The notes beneath the pieces are model-generated. The model saw only the letters and a list, made by a program, of their open reading frames with translations. It did not search any database and was not told where the DNA came from. 64,000 bases of DNA, from contig JBHGNT010000010.1 of assembly GCA_043228905.1 (NCBI GenBank), positions 4,526,001 to 4,590,000 on the forward strand. The letters run 5' to 3'. Numbering within the stretch: the first letter of the stretch is position 1; each line of letters opens with the position of its first letter. Positions 37,101 to 46,923 of the stretch are shown piece by piece. The DNA is from Azolla caroliniana (Eukaryota > Plantae > Polypodiophyta). A program made the position numbers and the translations under genes.

Positions 37101-38320
37101 CCGTATATGCAAGCATCGGTTATGCTTGCCGCCGCCTCTTCCGCGGTCTCCTTACCGTTGTCTCGGTTGGCCGCCTTGCCGCCGCCACCGTTCTTCTCCC
37201 TCGGTCTCTCGCGGGCGCTCGGGCCGGCCGCCGTGGTCTCTCGAACCGGTGCGTGGAAGGTTGCGGTACCGCCGCTTGTCTCCTCCGTACTCGATGATTC
37301 GGGCCACCGTGTCCCGAATCCGCCATGTCCGCTCGAATCGGCGATCGCCGCCTCACCATCCCCGACCTCGTCCTCGGTCGTTCTTTTCCCCCATGTCGAG
37401 AGGGCGGTTCGCTCCGCACCCTCTCCCGTGGTACCGATGTACCATTCTCTTTCGGCCTCCGCATAGGCCCCGTCCTCCATGTGTGAGGAAGCTCCTTCCT
37501 CCGCGTCCTCCGATCCGCTCGGGCCCGACCCCGCAATAAGCCATTCTTCGGCTTCGATTTTCGTCATTACGAGCCCGCACGCCTCCCGTATTAGCGCTTG
37601 TAGGTCGAGCCCCTCCAAACCGGTTCGCGATGAGCTCTCGTCCGGCGGCATGGCGTAGTTGGTCGTCGCTCTCTCTTCTCCCCCGCTCGCGGGCCGTGTT
37701 GTGGCCGACCGCCTCGCCTCATGTTGCCGACAGACCCATTCCACTTCGGGCCACTCCTCGGTGAGACCATGCGCCCCATAATCGTCTTGAAGCTCGAACG
37801 TGATGTCCATCCTCTCCTCATGATGGACCGTCTCCAAAAATAGGAGGACTTTGTCCGCCCCCACCGATCTTCGTTCCCACTCCGAGAGTTGAGAGAAACG
37901 ACGCTCGAACTCTCGGAATGCCTCTATTGCGCTCCGATGGCGCCTCGCCGACGCCATCCACCGATCGAACTCTCGCCGACCTCTTACCTCCGATTCCGCG
38001 CACCCGTATGCCTCCATTAGAGCCCCTTCAAAGGACTCCCACGATTCGTGAGCTTCTTGGAGCTCCTTGACCTCCTCGTACTTTGATGCGGCCGCCGCTC
38101 GACGAAAGAACTCTAGCCTCGTCGCTTCGTCCACGCCCATCCCCGTCATTTCCGCATCGTAGGCTCTCAAAAATTTTGGGACCTCCTTCCCATCGAACCG
38201 GCCGACTAGACGGACCACCCTTTCGACCGCTTGTTGAGCCGCCTCTCGCCTCGCCCTCTTCCGTCCGGCGTCCATCAAGATCTTTGTCATCATCTCCTCG
38301 AAGCCGAAGCCTTCTTCCAT
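34124..38320 (-). CDS. 1398-aa protein: divergent Gag capsid-like N-terminus (~200 aa) plus long acidic Gly/Ala/Glu/Thr-rich repetitive tail
   Basis: Uninterrupted ATG ORF starting 20 nt after the PBS. The N-terminus aligns by eye to element A Gag (GRFDGK/GRFSGK, WESFEG/WEEFEG, REFERRF/REFEERF, KVLLFL/RVLLFV, GLTEEW/GLTTNW). The stop lies inside the 3' LTR. Confidence 0.85.
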   Translation of the reverse strand: MEEGFGFEEMMTKILMDAGRKRARREAAQQAVERVVRLVGRFDGKEVPKFLRAYDAEMTGMGVDEATRLEFFRRAAAASKYEEVKELQEAHESWESFEGALMEAYGCAESEVRGRREFDRWMASARRHRSAIEAFREFERRFSQLSEWERRSVGADKVLLFLETVHHEERMDITFELQDDYGAHGLTEEWPEVEWVCRQHEARRSATTRPASGGEERATTNYAMPPDESSSRTGLEGLDLQALIREACGLVMTKIEAEEWLIAGSGPSGSEDAEEGASSHMEDGAYAEAEREWYIGTTGEGAERTALSTWGKRTTEDEVGDGEAAIADSSGHGGFGTRWPESSSTEETSGGTATFHAPVRETTAAGPSARERPREKNGGGGKAANRDNGKETAEEAAASITDACIYGGGVATDSDVRAEVATDITSTSGGPATLHASLLEITAAGPSARVRPMVKGGGGGKAGDHGVDTREGAEEATVSSRGKRTAMDEADIYGAMDATSRVGGSFGTRLPETFYEDFASILEACEMEEEDETSDGVATFHTPALEASAVGPSAGTRPRATDGGGGKVDNRDEDETGEEEAAASILDACETEDGVATDDDVRMEVATDERSGGVVTFHTPVLETPAPGPRAGERPRVTDGGGGKAGNRNDDDMGEGAERATLSSCGEWTAKDEAGDYKAESATSKVGGRFGARRPKTSSGEEASGGAATFHTPALEASAVGPSAGTRPRTTGGGGGKAGKQNDAENGEEEVVASILEAYGIGDGGAADDDVRTKAATETTSGGAGTLPTPILEAPMAGPSAGMRLSATGGDGGKAGNGNEKEDWSRRRQDPLTPGPETSAVVLECQRETGEMGGDREEVRPGESAYEDEYAGPGMGVYGGSDGEDRSGNEERVGNRPDRNTARKKKRVRAGEPGPNRRKPARPIGRLRLRLRLRWEPVSARWRLTGHDDHGSGGKRKQTRPSISTLETTAVADQHKTGETAGSGEESEAGAYEVTGTDIRYEMVDGWVQDGEPVSERATATKEEKTDTEVGSTAEERDEMHAIWPMEGQDTSMPTKEPHRATEDDGRITPSRGEYEEEGDDDKTWHDAREDWWEEVAYGEAKTGGHEDKAREGSSTPAIETPAVGASADVRPRVADGGGEGTKATTDEGTERGIREVAENEDVCAQKNEHDITKDVCGRADQEGQEGVPPSETEVGEERYLSERVREEERNAKRAMRPHEGQATSTGTMVCSTAREHGKHGKGGIRRATGEIGRASGGYTRRTKEEQPGRQRRSGGPIGEEGAGIGNGGPDADGGSKNHDGRGGSGGGNDSANVVKCGGSDGADGSRPFGGDGGPEGDGGSCGRGGLARSGRQSRASPRGCQGLGWPPWPKISRFVPFWHIPVDVRLGGGGCREDFRP

Positions 38321-38340
38321 CTCTTTCTCCCTTGCCGCCC

Positions 38341-38358
38341 TTCACGTCGGGTTCACCA
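38341..38358 (-). promoter_or_regulatory. Primer binding site complementary to the plant tRNA-Trp 3' end (also 40183-40200; partial at 46256-46269)
   Basis: Plus strand TTCACGTCGGGTTCACCA matches the 3' 18 nt of plant cytosolic tRNA-Trp(CCA) as recalled; it sits 3-4 nt from each 5' LTR. Confidence 0.85.
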
Positions 38359-40841
38359 AGGATGTCGCGTTGTTACGCGCGTGCGTGGAGAAGGGCGGAA
38401 CCACGGGGGTCTCGGACTAAGGAGAAGGGGAGAAGGAATAGGACTTCGGAATGGAGCTTAGCACAAGAAGAGGAAGAATGAACAAGAGGAAGATAGAGGC
38501 CAAACGCTCAACAAGATATATTAGAAACGAAAACCGATTACAAAATGGCGGCCGCGTAGGTCGCACCGAACGACTATGATAAACCCGAAACCCTAATCCG
38601 ACGAAGAAGAAAAGAAACCCTAAACGAAACCCTAACCCTAAAACGAAATGGTATACCTCACTCACACTCAAAAATAAGGCAACCCCCACAATGGTGCTCT
38701 TCCTCTCCCTTTATAGCACAAGGAGAGAAGACCGTTTACAAAAAGGGTGCTACCAAATATCCCCTTTCAATCAATGGGGATATTTCCCTTGATTTTAGGG
38801 GAGGTGGGAAGGATGGGTCTTAACTCCCACCTCTACACGAACTACTATGTACCTATCTCTCTCTCTCTCTCACGTGGATGTGCGCGCAAAAGCACATCAC
38901 CTTTACACTTTACAAATCCTAAGGTGCATTTCTAGCACCATACTTATCACTATCGATAAATAGAAATACAACATGGTGATGTGCAACGTTGCACATCGCG
39001 GGTTTGCTTGCTTCGCTCGGGTTTCCGCCTATGGACGAAAATCTTCACGACAGCGGTCCGTTTCATCTTTCCTTAGCCGTGTGCCGCCAAGACCTTCCAG
39101 CATTGCCGCCCAGAATCCGTCTTTGCCCTCCTTTCGGGCCTCGCTGCACCCGACCCGAATGCCGGCCAACGCCGAGTAGTGGATGGCTTCCACGTGTCGG
39201 GCCGCTGCCTCTTCCATCAGTCTCTTCATACCTCCTCGTCCGTCGTTTCGGTTCAGGGCCCTCCTGGTGTCGCCGGCGTGCACCCGGCCTTCCCACAGGT
39301 ACACCACATGTTCCCTGCTGCCGGCCGTCGGTCACGAACCGGTTCGTTGCCTTCCCTTCGAGTCTGGGCGATCTGGAGATCCTTTATCACCCGCGTCAAT
39401 TCCTCCAGCGCTGCTCCTCCGGACGAGCCACTGACCATGCCGGTCGAAGCCGGACCGGTCCCGAGCCATTCCCGGGTCTCTTCCCTTCGCACTTGCGGTG
39501 CCGGTTCAAGCCTCCTTGCTGTGACAGAGCCCGCACCTCCCGCCCCGTTGTCAGCCCATTCTCGCCGTTTATCGAAACAGCCACAGACTCTCTTAACTGC
39601 GGCCCAGTTGGTTGTCAGCCCGTCCTCGGTTTCCAACAAGGAGCCGACTTGGTCCCGGTCCCGCTCGTCCACCGACTTGACGAACAGTAGGACCCGGCTC
39701 GTATCCAGAACGGTTCGGTCAAGCGCCGAAAGGCGCGCAAAGCGTTCTTCGAACTCCCGGAGGAGTGTCGTCGCGTTTCTTCCCTTGCCGGGGAACTCCA
39801 CCCATTCCATGAAGTCCCTTTTCGAAAGCCGGAGCGTGTCGTCCAGCCCGTATTTTTCTAGGAGTCGGCCTTCGAACTCCTCCCAGGTACGGCTCTCCGC
39901 CCGCACCTCGAGCACCTCCACATGGATGCTCGGCATCGCCACTCGAGGAAACCTGGCAAGACGCCTCTCTTCCGGAATGTCCCGCATCAGCATTTCTGCC
40001 CGTAGGACGCCAAATACTTCGTGGCATCCTTTCCGCTGAACCGGCCGATCGTACCGACGACCGCCTCAATGGCTCTGTCGAGGGCGCCGGTGCCCTCGCG
40101 TGCACTCAATATCCAATCTACGGCCGAAGCCATGGCTTCTGCAAGATCCGACCCTTTCATCTTCTGCTCTTCTGCCGCCTCCTTCACGTCGGGTTCACCA
40201 AGATGTCGAGGTTTTCCTCGCGGATGCGTGGAATGAGGCGGGACCTCGGGGGTCCTGTACCAAAGAGCAAGAGAGAAAGGAGAAGATGCCCACTACGTGC
40301 GAGCGTAGATCCACAGGGACACGGCCCTTCGACGCAAAGACGCAAGTGGGAAAGCGACACAGAAAGACACGAATGTATGTATGTATTAACGAAGACAAAC
40401 AACAAGAACACGAAGACAACAAAACACGAAGTCGGTTACAACCGAACAGGCCGACTAACAGATGCCGATACCTGCTCGTAAACGCACAGAGAGGAAGGAG
40501 TAGGTTGGAGGTGCTGCCGGAAGCACTCGGGCATTCCTCAGAGCAGCGCGAGCCTCCCGAAACCTGCACAGAAGGAAGCTATGGCGTTCGCGAACCAGAG
40601 AGAGAGAGAGAGAGAAGCCTTCGCCCGCAAACCGACAACACTTCGTCCTCGACTCTCCGCGATCCTTCGCCCCTCCTCGTCGCCCTCCTTTTATAAGTAA
40701 GGAAGGAGCCGTTTCCCTACCTACCGAATCTACCTACCTAGGATCTTCTATGTACAACAAGAGGCGCATGTGCACGAAGAGCCGGTTCCTACGCTCCGGT
40801 GCACCGATTCCGCTTGTGGACGGTTTTCTTCACGACAATGG

Positions 40842-43800
40842 TGTCGTGGTATTCCTCGCGGATGCGTGGAATGAGGCAGGACCTCGGGGGTCTTGTACCG
40901 AAGGGCAAGAGAGAAAGGAGAAGGGAGGGGACCCACTACGTGCGAGCGTAGATTCACAGGGACACGGCCCTTCGACATAAAGACGTGAGTGCGACCCCGA
41001 CACAGAGAGACACGAATGTACGTAAATATATATATTAACAAGACAAACGACAAGAAGCACGAAGTCGGTTACAACCGAACAGGCCGGTGAACAGATGCCG
41101 ATGCCTGTTCGTAAACGCACAGAAAGAAAAGAGTAGGTTGGAGGTGCTGCCGGAAGCACTCGGGCATTCCTCAGAGCAGCGCGAGCCTCCCGAAACCTGC
41201 ACAAAAAGAAGCCACGGAGCTTGGGGGGAGAGAGAGAGAAGCCTTCGCCCACAAACCGACAACACTTCGTCCTCTTCTATTCGCGATTCCCTTTTCCCCT
41301 CCTCGTCTCCCTCCTCTTATAGGCAAGGAAGGAGCTGTTTCCCATTAACTTCCTACCTACCGAATCTACCTACCTAGGATCTTCTATGTACCTAATTCTC
41401 TCTTATGTACAATATAAGGCGTACGTGCATGAAGAGCCGGTTCCTACACTCCGGTGTACCGATTCTGCTTGTGGACGGTTTTCTTCACGACATCCGCCCC
41501 CACCTAACCGCGCATCCTCCGGCATGCGCCAAATTGAGTCGGGACGGAGAAAACCGGTCCAGCCTTCATTCCTCGCCCGTCGGTTCTTCCTCGGTTTCGG
41601 ATCGTTCGTCGTCGTGGTCCAGGTTAACCGGATCCGGCTCGTCGTCGTGACGCTTTTTGAACGCTTTGATCCGCTTCCCAGCTACCGGTATCGCCATTCT
41701 CGTGCCGTCGAGTTCCGCCAGATGGTATGTCCCGTTGTCGTTGGCGCTTTGTACCACGTAAGGTCCGAACCACATTCTCGCGAACTTTCGTGTCGCTCGG
41801 TGCTGGTTGTCGAGACTGTTGTCGTAGACTAGCACCCAGTCGCCTTCCTCGATCTTCTTCGGTCGGAGACGGTGCGTTCGGTCGAACCGGGCTTTGTTCC
41901 TCGTCCTTGCCACCCGAAGCTCTCTCGCGGCCTGCTCCACGTCCTCCGGTCTTCGCTCGAGCTGTCGTATGCGCGCCGCCAACAGTTCCTCCCAGCTCAT
42001 CTCGTCACTCCAGTCCACGGTTGCCCATGACGAGATCGTACGTTCCATCGGCATGATCGGCTTCTGCCCAAACATGAGCTCTGCCCGGCATGAATCCGGT
42101 TACCGAACTGTGCGTAGTTCGGTCTGCCCACAACGCGTAAGGCAGCAGCCGCGGCCAGTTCTCGACTTGACCCCCGCATGCCCGAACTAACGCCTTGACG
42201 ATCAGTCCGTGTCCGCGCTCCACCTTCCCATTCGCCTCTGGATTGTACGCAGTGGTAAGCGAGAGCTTGACTCCTAGCCGGTCGAACAGCTCCTCGGCCT
42301 CTTCGGCGTCCAACTCCCCGCGATCAGCCACGATCTTCCCGACGCACCCGTACCGGCATATCACGTCCTCGATCAGGAACCGACATACGGCCGCGGTCGT
42401 TTTGTTCTGAAGGGCTCAGCCTTCCACCTAGTTCCTCAGATCTTCCCGAGCCAGGACCAGATACCGCATCTGTCCTACTCCCATCGGCATCGTCACCAGA
42501 TCTACCATCCATTTGAAGTGCATGGTCGGAGGGTACGTAGGGTGAAGCTCGTCCCGATGTCGGACTACGGAGTGCATCTGGCAGCTCTCGCAAGTTGTCA
42601 CGAACCGATGCACGTCCCGGTACAGTCCCGGCCACCAGTACTTCCCCTTTATCTTCTCGAATGTGGCCCACGTTCCACCTTGTCCAGCCCAAGGGCTGTC
42701 GTGGTAGGCCGTCAGCAGCTCCTCCTGTTCTTCCTTCATCGCCACTACCCGGAGCGGGGCGCCGTTCCTCTTCTTCAGGTGCTTCCATAAGTATCCGTCC
42801 CGGAGAAAGAATCGGTAAGCTTTCTTCCGGATCCGGTTTGCCTCGTCCCTCGTCCATGACGCATCCGGCGTCATTGTCTTCAAGAAACCACCGATCTGTA
42901 GCCACTCGCTGTCGTACTTGCTCTCGTCGAAGCCGTTAAGTGCCGGAGTGCCCGTCCCATCGGTCGTCACGTACGCCGCCTCGAAGAAGTCCACGCCGAC
43001 TTCTTCGTCCTCCGAAACCATGCCGCCCTCGTCATCAAACCTCGCCCTCGAAAGCATGTCGGCCATGGCGTTGTCCTTTCCGGAAATGTGTCGTATTTCC
43101 GGGTCTAGGGACTTGATGTACGCTATCCACTTGAGCATCGCCAGGTCCGGTGTCGCGCACCCGGAAACCATGCCGAGAATCGGCAGGCAATCCGTCTCGA
43201 TAATCACTTCCGTCCCGATCAGGTAGTCTTTGTCGGCCTTTACTGCCGAAACGATACCCCAGAGTTCGCGTTTAACCTGGGCGTACCCTCGTTGTCGCTC
43301 ACTGAGGACCTTCGCGTCGAATCGGATCGGGAACCGAACGCCGTCCTCGTGTTCTTGGTTGACGACCCATCCGATCCCGGTCGGACTCGTATCCACCGTT
43401 ATGTATACCGGGGTACCCTTCTCGTAGACAGCCTTCCGGAGCGCCGGTGCTGCCGAAAGAGCTCCCTGCAGCTTCCGGACCGACTCCGTGTGCTCGTCTC
43501 GCCACTCGAATTTTAGCCCCTTCTTCAGCAACCCGTATAGCGGCTCCGCAACGTGGGCGTAATGCGGGATCCATATGTGGTAGAATGCGCATGCCCCCAG
43601 GAACCTTCGAACTTCCGTAACCGAGCTACAGTCAGTCTTCATCGCGGAGATGGCTTTTACTTTTGCCGGAGACGGCTTCCGGCCATACGGTCCACATAGG
43701 TGTCCGACCACTAGGATTTCTGATTGCCCGAAGGCCGATTTCTCCCCGGAGAAGGTGAGCCTCGCATCCTCTAGCCTTTGTAGCACCTTCTCGCAGTCGT

Positions 43801-46800
43801 CGATGTGTGTTGATACGAATCGCCGTCATCCGTCCTGCCCGAGTGTCTCATCCTTCTCTTGCACCAGGCACCCCTTGATCGGGATGTCGTCTAGAAACGG
43901 CATGGTGATGTCCGGGATGCAATCCCTCAGTACCTTGTTCATTGCATTCACCATTTGGGCCACCGAGTTGGTCCCTCCTTATGACAGGGTACACATTCAC
44001 ACTAGGCCGAGGGGAGTTCGCATCGTCGTAATGTCTCTGCTCTCCACGGCTAGCTGGAACTGGTCGTACCCCGAGTACAGATCACCGACCGAGTAAATCG
44101 ACCTTCCGGCGAAGGCCTCCGTGAACTCGTCTATGGTCGGTCCGATTCCTGCGTTCCGGAAGGTCAATGTTCCGTTTTTCTTCGGTACGGTAAACCATGG
44201 GTTCGAGTATGGGGCACTTGACGGTTCGAGAATGGCCATATCGACTTTCTGCCTCAATAGTTCCATCAACTTCGGGATGTGAGCTCTCGGTACTGGAATC
44301 GGCTTGAGATTCCACGATACATGCAGTACCGTGAATATCACCATCGGCTCCACGATTGTCGGCTCGAGCTCTTGACTGAAGTTCGCGATGACTTCGTACA
44401 CCTCTTGGGAACATACCGGTATCGTCCGGTCTTCGATAAGGTCTTCCCCGGCTACCTTCCTCAGCATTCCCAAGGTGTCATCGAAGGAGACCGCCTCTAC
44501 GGCTCCGCTGATTTCCTCGTCCGGGCCGAGAACTCCGCACGCTCGAAGTCGCTCCTCCGCCCTTGCCCTTTCTCGGCCAGCGATGCCGACTATCATACAC
44601 CCTCCGTCGTTGGAGAAGCAAAATTTTCTACCTATCGTACAAGGATTCTTCGGTTTCGGTTCTATCGTACAGCTGTGGGGTCTTTCCCGAGTGTCCGGAC
44701 TGTCTCGGCCCCACGCCTCGGCAGCCCTTTCTAAAAATCCTCCCGGTTCTCGCCATCGAGGTATTCGTAGTTTCGCTCGTAGTTCGTCCGCACCGTCAGA
44801 AATTGGACCGAATGGCGCCCGTCCTGGCTTTTGACCCTCGCGTAGGCCGAACCATTGTCCAGCACTTTGGTCTCCATTCTCGCCGCCGTGATGTATGGTT
44901 CCCCTAAAATGACCAGATGCGAGGACGTCTCCTGTACGAAGAAGTGCTGGTCAATCTCGACGTCGCCGATCTTGACTCGCACATTCGGGCAGGCCCCGTG
45001 CAGTTCCTCTGTGGCGCGTGTCGCCGCCCGTATCTTCCACCCGTGCTTGGTGTTGATCGGCCATTTTCCCTTCTTATAGAAGTCCATGGACATCAGGTTT
45101 ATTTCCGAACCGTGGTCCACCAGTGCTACCACCGGTTCTTGAACATCTCCGATCTTTACCGGGGTCTCTGTGGTCGCTCGGGCCCAGTGTGGCCTCGAAT
45201 AGTGGCTCTCCGCCCACCCATCTTCCACCGCTAAGTTGTCGATGTGCGTCGTCCGCACCTCCACCAGTCTTTCCGGTTCCGTCTCCGTCGACAGCCTCTT
45301 CCGTTTCACCAAGTCTACAATGGAGTCGTGGAACTCCTTGGCGATCCCTAGCACCTCCCGCAATGATAGCTCCACTTTGCTGTCGAGGATCCGTTCTTCT
45401 AGGACCTTTCATAGGTCCGTGGTCCTTTCTATTTCCGTCCCCAGTCGGTATTCACCCTTCCTGGGGTTATCTTGCGAGTTGGACCCACCGACATCGTTCC
45501 GTCGTTGCCCGAATCGGGTCTCGTACTGTTGTGAGGGCCCGGGCGCTCCGGCTTTCCCCACTCATTTGTCTTCTACCAGAGCCTCGTAGTTCCGGCAGGC
45601 GGCTCCTACGAAGCCCGTCTTCTCCTCGACCGGGTCACTCTACCCGGTTACTTCCCGGACCCGTCTCTCAACGCGGTCCGCTTCATCTTTCCTCAACCGT
45701 GCGCCGGCGAGGCCTTCTAGCATTGCCGACCAGAATCCGTCTTTGCTCTCCTCTCGGGCCTCGCTGCCTCCGACCCGAATGCCGGCCGACGCCGAGTAGT
45801 GGATGGCCTCCACGTGTCGGGCCGCTGCCTCTTCTATCAGTTTCTTCATCCCTCCTCGCCCGTCGTTTCGGTTTAGGGCCCTTCTGGTGTCGCCGGCGTG
45901 CACCCGGCCTTCCCACAGGTACACCACCCGGTTCCTCAACGCCTCTGCGAAGTCGCCGCAGTCCTTCCGAATGTGGCCGACCTCGTCGCACCACATGCAC
46001 CTGTTCCCTGCTGCCGGCCGTTGGTCACGAGCCGGTTCGCCGCCTTCCCTTCGATTCTGGGCGATCTGGAGATCCTTTATCGCCCACGTCAACTCCTCCA
46101 GCGCTGCTCCTCCGGACGAGCCATTGACCATGCCGGTCGAAGCCGGACCGGTTTCGAGCCATTCCCGGGTTTCTTCCCTTCGCCCTTGCGGTGCCGGTTC
46201 AAGCCTCCTTGCTGTGACAGAGCCCGCACCGGCCACCCCGTTGTCAGCCCATTCTCGTCGGGTTCACCAAGATGTCGTGGTATTCCTCGCGGATGCGTGG
46301 AATGAGGCGGGACCTCGGGGGTCTTGTACCGAAGGGCAAGAGAGAAAGGAGAAGGGAGGGGACCCACTACGTGCGAGCGTAGATTCACAGGGACACGGCC
46401 CTTCGACACAAAGACGCGAGTGCGACCCCGACACAGAGAGACACGAATGTATGTAAATATATATATTAACAAGACAAACGACAAGAAGCACGAAGTCGGT
46501 TACAACCGAACAGGCCGGCGAACAGATGCCGATGCCTGTTCGTAAACGCACAGAAAGAAAAGAGTAGGTTGGAGGTGCTGCCGGAAGCACTCGGGCATTC
46601 CTCAGAGCAGCGCGAGCCTCCTGAAACCTGCACAGAAAGAAGCCACGGAGCTTCGGGGGAGAGAGAGAGAAGCCTTCGCCCACAAACCGACAGCACTTCG
46701 TCCTCTTCTATTCGCGATTCCCTTTTCCCCTCCTCGTCTCCCTCCTCTTATAGGCAAGGAAGGAGTCGTTTCCCATTAACTTCCTACCTACCGAATCTAC

Positions 46801-46923
46801 CTACCTAGGATCTTCTATGTACCTAATTCTCTCTTATGTACAATATAAGGCGTACGTGCATGAAGAGCCGGTTCCTACGCTCCGGTGTACCGATTCTGCT
46901 TGTGGACGGTTTTCTTCACGACA
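40842..46923 (-). mobile_element. Gypsy element C (sister of A), defective
   Basis: 651-bp LTRs at 40842-41492 and 46273-46923 (about a dozen differences). Gag zinc knuckle CMWCDEVGHIRKDC, PR ALVDHGSEINLM, RT FLDD, RH, INT with WFGPY. Gag N-terminus deleted. Confidence 0.95.

Larger units (their letters stand above)
33458..39052 (-). mobile_element. Element B: young non-autonomous Gag-only LTR retrotransposon (TR-GAG-like), 5595 bp, TSD GCGG
   Basis: 690-bp LTRs at 33458-34147 and 38363-39052, apparently identical. GCGG at 33454-33457 and 39053-39056. Same PBS (38341-38358) and PPT as A/C. No PR, RT, RH or INT motifs. Confidence 0.95.
28772..40837 (-). mobile_element. Gypsy element A (non-chromo, tRNA-Trp PBS), defective, interrupted by element B
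   Basis: 634-bp LTRs at 28772-29405 and 40204-40837 (about a dozen differences). PBS at 40183-40200; PPT TTAGGTGGGGGCGGA next to 29405. Gag 39060-40160, PR ALVDH 32509-33342, RT DLYSGYDQ/FVDD 31062-32534, RH VDTSPTG, INT GHRG/DRGE/NGKVERG. Confidence 0.95.

Noticed and set aside
34124-38320. Element B ORF as an env-like gene or captured host gene
   Set aside because: It lies directly after the PBS, aligns with Gag at its N-terminus, and shows no signal peptide, TM segment or recognisable host domain.
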